DNA from: Haplodiscus bocki
Lineage: Eukaryota
Assembly: GCA_965655095.1 (NCBI GenBank)
Contig: OZ296652.1
Span: 85,498,001-85,562,000, forward strand
Direction of reading: 5' to 3'
Length of the DNA stretch: 64,000 nt
Shown here: positions 1 through 11,299 of the stretch, piece after piece
How the letters are laid out: every line of letters begins with the position of its first letter
Numbering within the stretch: the stretch's first letter is position 1
Made by a program: the position numbers and the translations under genes
Notes under the pieces: generated by a model
The model's input: the letters and a program-made list of their open reading frames with translations, nothing else
Database searches by the model: none
Told to the model about the DNA's origin: nothing

Positions 1-2079
1 CCTTGGATTCTGAAGAGACGGTTGCACAAGTTCTGGGATATACGAGTAACGCATGAGAATAGGAGGCCGTCTGCAGCAAAAGGACAAACATATGTAAGAA
101 AAGGAGACGGTTGTGTTCTGAAAGGCTCTGCCACAAATGAACAAGAACTTATCGAGTGTTGTGTTACAAGATGCAAGGGACAGCTCATTAGCTCGGACAC
201 AAAACACTCTTATATTGGACACACGAGTCAGGAAGGGGATGGATCACATATCCAACGAGAACTCGAGTGGACAGCTTCGAGGGCAGCGTCTTTTCCAATG
301 CATTCATTCACAAAAATATGAGGCAATTCATTGTGAGCCAACATAAAAGTGAGCCATTGGAAAAGTCAGTAGTCAATTTTACCTAGTCAGAGGTTCCGAG
401 AAAACCCTGTAGAAACTGAGAAAACGCGGTTGTTTGGGAATGAGGATCAAAACTTGCCTCGAAACGAGTCGGCGGAACCTTCAGCTAAAAGTTCAAAAAG
501 ATCCCCGGAGTAAAGTCAAGATTTTTTAAAGGCAAGGCTAAAAATCATCCTCATATATTTAAAATTCATATCCGTAACTTGAGTTGATTTACGTACCACA
601 AGCCTACTTTGGAATCAAGCTCACAGAGAAGGACCGTAGAGGGCGAAGCTCTGAAAAACTCTGCGACATGGCAAAACTTTACGTTGACTTTTGGTTAAAA
701 CTTCTGGTACAAAGTGAAGGAGCGAGAAAGCTGTCAAAATCTCTGACATTTGTCAAAAGGACAGGAAACAGATATTTCGTGAAAACATGAAAAGCTCTCA
801 ACGTATGCGGTGAACTGGTTATTTTATCCATCCAACCAGATCAATTTGAAATGTTCCGCCTGGATAACAATTAGGCGATGCCAGTAGTTTTGAAAGTTTT
901 TCCAAGTTTTTTGACTGAGCGCATTTAAGTGGGCATCTCAGGCAATTTTTGACCGTAGACGTTAACAATTCTTACAAATTGGAAAATAAAACCGTTTGCG
1001 AAAGTATTTAGATATTTCGGCAATGTCAAAATGTCCGGCGGTTTCTGCATTGTCAAAGTGGAACACTTCACGCCATCAACTTTTTCGTTCACAAAGTTGT
1101 TTGTACTTCACTTTGCCGAAATCCTCGTAGAAAAGACGATATACGATACCAACTTAAACTACTGAGCGGTGAAACTTTCCGGCATTTGCGCCAAGCAATA
1201 CGCAAATTAGGGGGCTGGTCAGTAGTCCTCCGAGTTTTCCACATAATTACTCCACGGATTGTTTCGTTTTTTTGTTGTTCTTTAAGTTAGGAGGTTGTGA
1301 TCGATTAGGTGAAAATAAGAAATGGTTGAAAACATCCTGAAAGTCAATAGTTTTGATAAAACTGACTTGTAGGACGTGTGTAAAAAAAAGGTCCTGAAGT
1401 TTTCAAATCCGGCTAAACCGTAAGCGTTTTCGATACAAATTGCTCATAAAGACAAAGGACTTTGTTTTGGTTGATGAACTGTTGATCAACAACGTTCGGT
1501 ATTTTATCAGAAAAATAGTCCACTCCCGCAGTAATTGACAAAGATACAAAGGGTCCGTCTGCTTGCTTTTGAAGTTCAAAAGCACGTGAAACTACATGAT
1601 CAGTAAGCTCAAACTACGATCCGTTTGCTGCAATCGTGATAGAGTATCACCAGCAGATTTTGCTGCCAGGAATATGAACAACCGAAATGTTGAAGGACAG
1701 GACTCGGTCTAGGCAGTTCCGTAAAAACGGAAAACTTCTCGACTGGAAAAATTGAGTCAGGCTTCCATTAACAGCTGAAACTAGGTCCGCTTTTGATGCT
1801 TCAAATGAGAGAACTGATCCAAGGAAAGATACTAGGCTAAAAATTCTCTGTAGTACACAACAAACTTCAATTCAGTAGCGCTGAAAAGTCGTGAACCGAA
1901 GGAAAGTGGCGCATAGCTTTTCTCAATTTAGTAAATTGCTAAGTAAGATATTCTTCAATCATCAGAACAAATTCGATGCCATGAAACCAAGCATCACAGG
2001 GGATGATGTACTTAAGGCCTTCATTTGCTAAAGGTAGTGAAGTTCGTACCACGAGTTAAGTCTGATATTAACGTTGTCA

Positions 2080-5000
2080 GAGATTCAGGATGTTTGTCAG
2101 TTACAGTAAAATTGTTCTATTGTCGTAGCCAGCGATAAAATGAGAGTGATTTTTGGCAAACATTAGGAATAAAATCACAAAAAAACTGGGCAAAGCCAAT
2201 CAGGCGTTTCACTCGTTCCCCAGTGCTCGTCACTTAGACTTGCGCAAGAATTTATTCAATAATATCACTTTCCGGGGACATTCCTCTAGGCACTGAAAGT
2301 TTCGAACTTGATTGCCACAAGCCACGCAAAATCTTTCGTAAGGAAGGAATCATTCCATCAAAACTAGTACCTCCGGCAACAACAACATCCATTGAGTGCG
2401 TACATACCTTCGCTGCTAGGCAGGGGTCAACAGTGCTTCACAAGAGAACTAAATCTTAGGACAGATTTATTATACCTTGATCAAAGCAATTGTAAGCGAA
2501 CTGTTTTGAGAAACGAGGATGATTGCCCAAAGTTGATTGAAAGGTCGTATGCCATTTCAACTCGCGCGACATGTTTCTAATCAACCCAGTTTACGAAACA
2601 AACTTTTCCCACCGATGTGAAATATAGAATGCCTCATTATTGAAACCGGAAAAATGGTTTTTAGGTAATCATGCCGTAGATGGCTCGGGCGGTGTAGGTC
2701 AAAAAGTATTCCCGTTTCGCCAGATGATTTCAAGTGAGCAAACATCGTACTACTGTATTTGGAAGTTGTTATAATGTTAAGGCAATGCAAAAATGCGAGC
2801 TCAGCCAGAACTTCATTTCATCGGTGAAGTGGAGCTGGACCTTGAACACACACCAGTAGTGGGTGTTCAGCCGTTAGTTTAATTTTGAGTTCTGTATTAA
2901 AACCCACATCAGAGCAATTTTTGGCCAAAATATCATGGTGTTCAACCGAGAACTGCTTCAATTGCCTTTTTCCCAAGTCTAGGACACAAATGTCCGCACG
3001 AAAACATTTTCCAAAAAGTCAATTCTGTCGGAGTCATTGTTATTTGGACCCAAGTTTTCCTAGCTGCTGAAATTTCAAAAGTTGAACTTAAATGTCTATG
3101 CAGAGGTGTCAAACTAGAAAAATCATTACACATCTCTGGAGTTGGGAACCAGCGTTTTGAGTAATCAGGAGGTAGCCGATGTGGTGGTGTGTCAGTTTTT
3201 TCAAAAGAGTTACACATTTTTGCAAATCAAATCAAATGGGGATCAATTTCGAATAAGTTATCAGCTTGTCTTTCATTCAAAAAGTCGAAATTCGCTATTG
3301 CTTGCTGATTATTAAGGGTAATTTAATAATGCGAAAAGTTTAGAGCTGAAACAAGCACTTTCCTTTCATCGATTTTAATAAGAGACAAGTCAAGAGCGAT
3401 ACTGCAATGATCTCCAAGTTGGTCAGTATGAATAACAAGTCCCGTACAAGACTTATACCGAAGTGAATGCTTGGCGTAATGGCACTCATGGGGTACTTGA
3501 GACGGAGGCGAATGGTGTAATTTTTTCGTCAAAAGCAAAGGTGTTCACAAAAACTTTTCCGTACAGTGCGGTTTCTGGCCCTGTTCAGGTAACATTTATT
3601 TCAACTGAGCTGCCATATCTGGCAAAATCGATGCAGTTTGTTTCGGATCAACAGTAACATTGTGTCTTTTGAAAAGAAGATTTCCAAGAAATACACTGTT
3701 CGTGGAAAAGATCTGACAAAAGCTGCGCTCCAAAGTCTGAGAGAATTTCTTGATGTATGTAACTGTATTGGAACATGATGGACACTAAAGCCGTTGCAAC
3801 TGAAAGCGCACTGATTGTAGTCACTGGTATCGCAAAAAAGTATTTAGTGAAGCCATCAGTAGCTGTCAGGACGTTCTTGAAAGGTCACGATGGAAATGGT
3901 CCTGGAATGTCTATCTGCATGAGGTCTCCTGGGAAAGATTTCAAGGTCGAAACCTCTTGTAGGGGTGTTCTAAGTCTCGAGGTTTGTACTTGTTTCATTT
4001 GGAGGCATGTCGAACAGTTTCTGAAATAGTCTGCAATTCATTCCACATAGTTTGCGCAATGGAAGCATTTTCTGAATTACTCAGGGGTTCACCTTTTCCC
4101 AACTGTCTTCCACTTGAGGCGTTGTGTTTTCTGTATATGGCTTCTTTTAGTATTGTTTTTGGTACGCACAATTAATTGTGAAACATTTTTCCATCTGCAA
4201 AGTATCTTCTGAAGAGTGTTCCATTTTCAGTAAACAACCGTCGTAACTGTTTGAGATACTTCTGTTCTTCTCCTGTAGAGTAAGATGTTTGTTGTAGGTG
4301 CAGAATCGGTTTCCAACCATTTGATTAGATTTAATATCACCGGGTCAGAATTTTGTTCCCTTTCAAAGTGAGCTATAGCTGTTTCCAAGTAAGGGAAGTC
4401 ATCCATTCGGTTTGTGTGCTGAATTGCGATAACTTCTGTTGCTTTCTTCTAGTACTTCGTCAGTTGAAGTTCCAAGTTTGATGTCAAATTATTCAGTTGT
4501 TGAACTGCTTAACCATAGTTTCCGGATTGTTTAGGGGTTATAAGTGGGTTGATATCTAAGACTAGGAGTAGATCAAGAGGTAAATCTTCTGCAAAGAGCA
4601 TTGATTGTGTTGTCTGGTAGCTTTGCTCGTACATCAATTTCTATTTCCCTGATTGGGATTTCGCCCGTTCGTTTTAATTCAATTGTTTTGTTCGGATCTG
4701 ATTGCAAGAGGGATATGAAATCTGCTACAGCATTGGTTCTCCTTGGAAAGTCAGCTACCACTATGTTGAATGCTGTAACTCTCCATGTAGCTCAATAGTG
4801 AAGCAGGAGTTGTTTTGACTTGGAAGAATCTAGTCAAACTTTTGTCAGTCAGTATTAGTACCGGTTGTTTTACATCCCCCCATGAAGTCCGAGGAAGTTT
4901 CCAAGGCAAAGCAGAGGGATAGGAATTCCTTGCAATATATTGACATTTCTAGTTGCGCTGTATTGAATTATTAGCTCGGAATGAGACAGGTGCATAAGAT

Positions 5001-8000
5001 TTAACAGTCTTTCCTTGGTTGTTTTTGACATAGTCTTCTATCATTAATACAAAACCACTCGCGTGATAACAAGCGTCACATAGAAGGGCATATTAGAGTA
5101 CTTGTTTTGCAAGTCGAAGTGTTTGCGTTCTGGTGGTTTCGAGTTTTTCTCTGAGTATTGCAAAGCATTTTTGATTTCATCTGCTATTTCAAACGAGACA
5201 TTTTCCGCAAAAGTTTGTAGGAAGGTATAAGTTGTTCTTTCAGATTCGAGATGAAACTGTGAAAGAATCGTAGGTAGCCAATTAGGCGTTGACTTATTTC
5301 ACTGAGTTTGGTATTTCAAGTGTCTTCAGGGACTTTTATATTTTGTCCTTTTCAGGTTGTAAACCGTCGTCTGTTATGATATTTCCGAGGAAACGAACTT
5401 TTTCCGATCCAAAAACACAATTCTCTAGCGATAGTTTGATTACTGATCTGCGTAAGCATTTGAAGATGAGTTGTAAATTGGGTGCAAGTTGTTCAGTTGA
5501 TTCCACTCCACATCCATTATCATCCATGAACTGTGTGCAGACATTGGCTGAGAGGCATGGTTCTAAGTACTTTCTACCGAAGGCGCTGAATCCTGTAACT
5601 GATCTGTTCAGACCTCTAGCTAGTCTTTGGTAGGCCATAGTTCTGGAAGCAGAATTGAATGCGAGCAGTTGTACTGAAAGAGGATCAGCCATTCCTAGAC
5701 AATGGTAGGGTTGAGAACAAACTAGTTCACAAAAGATTGATTTACTCGCGAAGTGTGCTGTCGTGTCTGCATCGTTGAAATCGGGTAGTTGTTGTTATGG
5801 TAGTCATGTAAAAGAAGGTGATTGATTCGGCATAAATGTACTCAAACTCGGAGTTCACCGTTTGGTTTGCTGTGTGCAAAAAATGGAATGCTATATTCGG
5901 AATGGTTGAGGCTTGTTATAACACCGAAGTATTGTAGAGGGGCCAGATCTACTTGTAGTTTTTCACGTGAGTCAATAGGTGTTGGTGGGCTTTGGGTATA
6001 GACCGATTGGTCGTGCTCTGGCGTTAGTTTCATGGAGATTTAAGAAATAAATCCAACATGAACTCTAATCTGCGAAATTATCCGAAAATTCGACCAATAA
6101 TTCTCAAACGTGCTGTTTTTTGTTCGCTTTGAGTATAGATTTGTTCCATATGAATCTGTTCAAGAACTGGTTACGGTATTCATTATTAAGGTGTGGGTCC
6201 ATACTATTTTCTGGAGTTCAGTGAATATCCTTTCGTCAACACCTTTCAGTGCTGATGATTTCTGGCATGTTTCTGGTGTTGGGAACCAGAATTTATTGTA
6301 GTCTGGTTTCGGTATAGACGGTTGAGAGGTTGCTTTAAGTTCTTTTTACCAACTGGTTGATTTCAAGCTCAGAGTCGTCTGGGTTGTTAATTTCGCCAAT
6401 GTTAGTAATTGCGGGTCTATCGGGATTAACGTTTACGCTTGTTGTGGTGAAAAAAAATTCAAGTGGGCTATGTCCGAATTTCGGGGAATTGTGATTTCAT
6501 TGGTTTGGTAGTTTAAAGTACAAATTTCTTGCGGAGTCAGTTCGCGATAATGAAGAAGTGATGCACAATCCAGTCTTTCCTCAAAAACTTACTCTGGTTC
6601 GACTACACCATATATTTCAGCAAATCGTTTGTTTTTCGTTTGGAGATTGCATTTTAGTGTTGCTGGTTGCGCGCAATGACGCAATTGTCAACTGTTCTGT
6701 TAGTGTATTGGGGTTTTCCGATTTTATCTGGTGGCGTTGATATTTCATTCAACTGAAGCGTCAAGTCTGGTATTTCATCAGGTTCTCTCTCTGGTGAAGT
6801 TCAATGGAGTTGTTTTTGAAAAATTGATTTCCGAAAATGATGCTATTCGTGTTGGGAAGCACCAAAATTGTTCTTTGAAATGTTGTTTTGCTATTGAAAA
6901 GTCGAGCTGGACTTGGCCACGCACAGGTATAAGTTGCGCTGACGCTACTTTAAATTTACTGACCTCAGAAGGTTGTGAGAGGGTTGCTGTTGTTGCGGAT
7001 GAGGATTTTAGCTCCTCGTAGTCTCTTTCACTGATTGCAATTGCACAGGCACCACTGTCTATTAATGCTTGCTCTCTTGTTTGTTAGTGAAATTCGATTG
7101 AACATAAGATAGGACGTCACTTTCAAGAGAAATGCATGCAGTTATTTCCTCAAGATCATTGGTTGGTAATTACCTCGTGGTTAAGGGTTGAGCCTGTTGT
7201 CACGGGCAGTTGGATTTTGGTGGCTCGGAACGTTCAGAGCATTGATTCTATTGGACAAGTCTGCCTGTTGCTGTTTCAGTTCAACTTGTGGCAGGATAAG
7301 TTTTGTTAATGCCCCCCACTAAATTTTCTGGAAGTCTTGAGCTAACCTCATTGAAGGCATCTCTGGTCCAGTCGTCACGGGCAATATTCGAAGAATACCA
7401 TTTGGCGTCTCTCAACTGTACCCAGGTCTTGCACTGTGGCTGCCTCATTTTGGTCCAGTAGTTTCCTGTTGGTGAAGTTTGGCATTGCGTTGGTAAAGAT
7501 TTCCTTGATTCTTCTGCTTCCCTCGTTAACTGCATTATCCAGTGTTGCTCGGTTGGCATCTTGTGCGTGTTGAACTCTGCTTGGTTGTTCGCTGGGTCAG
7601 CTGGCGGAATTGAGAATATTGGATCAGGGTAAGCTTCTGTTGCTTCGATCTGCACTTGCACCAAGAAGTCTTCTGGGCTCCTGTTCATGGTCCAATTTCA
7701 AGTTGTAGTTTGTGTAGTTTTCGTTGGTTTGGGTTCCAATAATGAATTCTCAGCGCCATTATTGCTGCATCAAAGTCATGTCTGGTTACTTGCGTTAATG
7801 TTCTGAAGAATTGCAGGGCTTGGTCAAGTAAGTTAAGTTGGAGAAAGTGCGGTCGATTGCCGTTCGGTATATTGCCATCACTTATCAGGCTTCTGACAAA
7901 ACTTTCAAAATCTGGCCAGTTTTAATCTGCTTTTGCGCGGAATGGGTTCAAAGTAAAACGTGGTTGTGGATTTGCTGCTGCCATTGGTTTCAATTAGTTG

Positions 8001-9100
8001 TATTTCTCACGTCCTCCTTGTCAACATGTGAAATCCCTTGGGTATAGTTAATTTGAATTTAGGTTTCGATTTTGTTACACTTGACTTTATTCTTTGGTGG
8101 CTATCTTCAGTGCGTGGTGTGAGGAAAATGCCGTTTAGGAATTGAAAAATTTTATTCAAGATTACAGTCAACCATTCAGTAGCAATCCCGAATATGTTCT
8201 CCCTTTCTTCAAATCTCTGATTTACAGCTCCATAATTTATTTCATTTATTTTGTTAGCATACGGAAATTAAAAGTCAATAAAAGTTTATTTTTAACGTCT
8301 TCATTGCGTTTAACTTCCATGCGGATATTGGATATTTATTTTTTGGTCCACTGGTTTATTGGTTGCTTATTTCTCCGGATATTAATATTTCCGTCCAAGG
8401 GAGGATTCGCTATCTCAAGGTAATTTTAGACTTCAAGATATTTAGCAGCCGCAAGATTTAATGATCCAATGATAAATCAAATTAAGACCATGCATTGCGT
8501 AATTTCTCAATTTAATAAATAATAGAATAGTCATCAGAAAACTGGTTTTCAAATTTTGAGATCGTTGGCTATTATCGAAGACTTCATGAGTAGACAGACT
8601 GAAAAAAAAAAGATGAGTAGGTTGACTTTCTTGCTCAATTGAGGCTGTTAGCCCATTTCCAATCAATTGCGAGGCTGACTGAATTGTTCCAAACTTTCAG
8701 GCGTTTGATCATTAGGCTAGTACTTCGGGTAGACATTGCCTTTTCTTGGTAACTGACTCGATCGAGTTCGATTGCTTCTGTAATTTGCTTGGGAAATATG
8801 ATGACTGATAGGTTGGTTGCGATTCAAGAAATCTATTATGGTTTATCAATTTCATTGAGGGTAGATGTTCATGGGGTTATCGCAGGAGGTAGGGTCGTAC
8901 GATGATGTTCTTCTGGGCAAGTTCGCCTCGATTACGTTTACGAAGTAATCGCAGAGCTCGGTGCACATTTTATCGGTTTTTGTGGCAGTCCGATTGGATC
9001 TCTACTCGCTCCAGCATATCAATCATGTCAGCATATCATTACTTCAGTATCCTCCATAGTGCACTCATGGAATTATTTCCCTGTTTCAGTTTCGCACTAG
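2080..9100 (-). mobile_element. Decayed Ty3/Gypsy LTR retrotransposon internal region (gag-PR-RT-RH-IN); outer limits approximate
   Basis: Minus-strand motifs in Gypsy order: protease ALIDSG (~7049-7068); RT ...YQRLARGLNRSVTGFS...QFMDD...VRFLGNIITDDGLQP (5336-5692, plus 5842-6033); RNase H YALLCDACYHASGF (~5055-5095) and TNAVADFIS (~4715-4740); integrase PGDLMQIDIPGPFP and VLTATDGFTKYFFAIP (~3825-3935). Many stops and frameshifts. LTRs not confidently delimited. Confidence 0.85.
5336..6033 (-). pseudogene. Gypsy reverse transcriptase remnant
   Basis: ORF fragments 5842-6033 and 5336-5692 carry the FMDD catalytic motif and FLGNII thumb-proximal motif; frame-disrupted. Confidence 0.85.
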
Positions 9101-9601
9101 TGATGAAAATAACATAATGGATGGGCCCACAATTGACACGACTACGAGCAAACGAAAATTATTTGTTTGTAATAACTAAGCTTCAGAACTTGTTAAATTA
9201 ACGTATATGACTTTTCGATCCGGAGCAAGTTAACGACAGCTAATCGGTCAGTAAAATGTACACGCTATATGTACATTTGAACGAAATCTAAAACATGTAC
9301 AGAAATTGGATTCACGTTTTTCGCCAAATTCCAACACTTCCATTTGTATATGTTGTCCCAGTTTTTTTGAACAAAAATTCGATCCAGAGATTTCAAGAAA
9401 ACCTTGTTACCAGACATTCTCACTATGAAAAACCAATCACTATACCAATGAACATTACAAATTTCAGAACCGAGAACTCAATTTAACTGATATTTAAAAC
9501 GCCATAATTGAAAATGCAACTATTATTCGCGGACTCCCAAATACATCAGAATCGTCGCCTATGTTCTATCGGAATTTGAGAAGCATACAGTTGGAATGTA
9601 C

Positions 9602-10007
9602 CTTTTGGTGCAGACTGTTGAGGTGTTTTCCTGAAGCTAATATCATTATCTTCCATTTTGGTCTGCATATTTTCATCGGGCTCCACGTAAGTAACATGCA
9701 GAGTTTTGGTATTCACACCACTTTCTTTGCCATCCGGAAGACACGCCAGAGCTTTGAGAACTATTTTTCCAGCTGGAAGAGTGAAAGGTCCCACGTACAT
9801 GAATGTACTTTTGTGCAGGTGATTGGACCTGTTGAAGGGATCCGGCCTAGTTCCATTTATAGTGTAGTGAATGGAAATACTCTCAGAAGCAGGAACAGCA
9901 CTTCTAAGCTCCACTCTAGTATTGGTGTTGATGTTGAATTTACTTTCACCTGCTGCAGGAACCCTCAGTGGAACAACTGTGGGTACAGGAATAGAGCCAG
10001 CCGTCAT
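9602..10007 (-). CDS. DZANK1: Double zinc ribbon and ankyrin repeat protein 1 orthologue, first coding exon (N-terminal Fn3-like/chitobiase-C-like domain)
   Basis: MTAGSIPVPTVVPLRVP...IHYTINGTRPDP...TFMYVGPFTLPAGKIVLKALA...KESGVNTKTLHV closely resembles the vertebrate DZANK1 N-terminus as I recall it (MTAGSVCVPQIIPLRVP...YYTLDGSKP...TLPDGKIQVKAIA). ATG at 10007. Candidate donor AAAG|GTACAT after 9602, so the exon end is inferred. No downstream exons were recognised in the window. Confidence 0.88.
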
Positions 10008-10387
10008 TGTCTCTGAAACGGTTTTTTCGCTAGTTACAAGCACTGTTTAGGAAAATTTCTTGCATTTCTATCGTGTTGAGAAATCTCGCGTCATTTGTTT
10101 CAACCCCATCCATCAAATGCCTGTTTCCCGAGCTGGGACTTCACACCAGTTAAATTACGAAAATATGGTGAATGGTTCAATCATAAACACGAATCTTTGA
10201 TCACCAATGTTGAGTAGCTTGACAAAAACGTGTTGAACAAAGCAGACGATGAACTAATTTGAACCAGTTTTAAAACTCGAAAATATTTGAAATTATTCGA
10301 CGCCATGTTGTCAACGATTCCATACCGCAACTCCGAAAATAATAAAAGTAGTTCACAACTCCGAAATTTAAAAAAGTGATCCACAGA

Positions 10388-11219
10388 TCCGAAAATAAAT
10401 TAAGTGTAGCTTAACTCCGAAAAATATTGAATGAATTTTCTCACATAAAAACGGAAACATTGCAATTTCATATTATTGGTATCACTATATTAAATTCTAT
10501 TGCAAAGTTGGACCATCGTATCCCAATAGTTGTTCATTTCTCTGAAATTAAAATTTTCCGGAAATTGATCACAAGTACGGATAATCAAATTAAAAATGTG
10601 AAATTAAGAACAGCTGAATCAAATAATAATCAAATTATTAATAAAAATAATTTGAATGAAAAGAAAAATGAATCAGGATAACAAATTCATTTCAAAATAA
10701 ATATCTACCCCCCCGCCCCGCTTTCCCCATTTATTCACTCCCCATCTCTTGAATTCCTCCACTTCCTCAATCCCTCCCAGGGATGCCAAAATAAGTATTT
10801 GATAATTATTGCATGTTTCCAATAATTTTCATTTTTTTGCGCTCCAACAAATTGTTTTTTCTAACTCATCCAATGAATTATTTTTATTGGATTAATGTAT
10901 GCAATCGATAATTTATCGTATATTCATGAAATTATTGGTTAAAAATTATTTTTTGCCCCCCCCCCCCAAAAAAAAATCCATTTCATTTCCAGTAAACAAT
11001 GCCATTTTCTTGGATTTCAGTTGAGTGAAAAATGGAAACGACGAAAGAGGGTGAAGAAAAAACGGGTGGGGGGGGGGGGGGTTGAAGAAACAACGAAAGG
11101 GCAAATTGTTAAATATAAATTGTTGAAGTGTTATTCAAAACGAACGCCGAACACTTACGCCGCGTGGGTCACGTGACTGAAAATTTTCGGAGTGGAGCTA
11201 CACTTTATTTATTTTCGGA
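10388..11219. repeat. 36-bp imperfect inverted repeat pair (possible MITE/foldback remnant) upstream of DZANK1
   Basis: 10388-10423 (tccgaaaataaattaagtgtagcttaactccgaaaa) matches the reverse complement of 11184-11219 with 3 mismatches. Extra ~28-bp ctccgaaa units lie at 10330-10390. Confidence 0.6.
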
Positions 11220-11299
11220 GCAGTAAACGTTTGAAGCTGTGACACGACACCTTGTCAACTGCTCTAGGATTAATTATTCATCTACGTCATTCACAATAT

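Noticed and set aside
1-2000. Possible plus-strand LTR-retrotransposon relic
   Set aside because: Only faint motif echoes; no domain could be supported.
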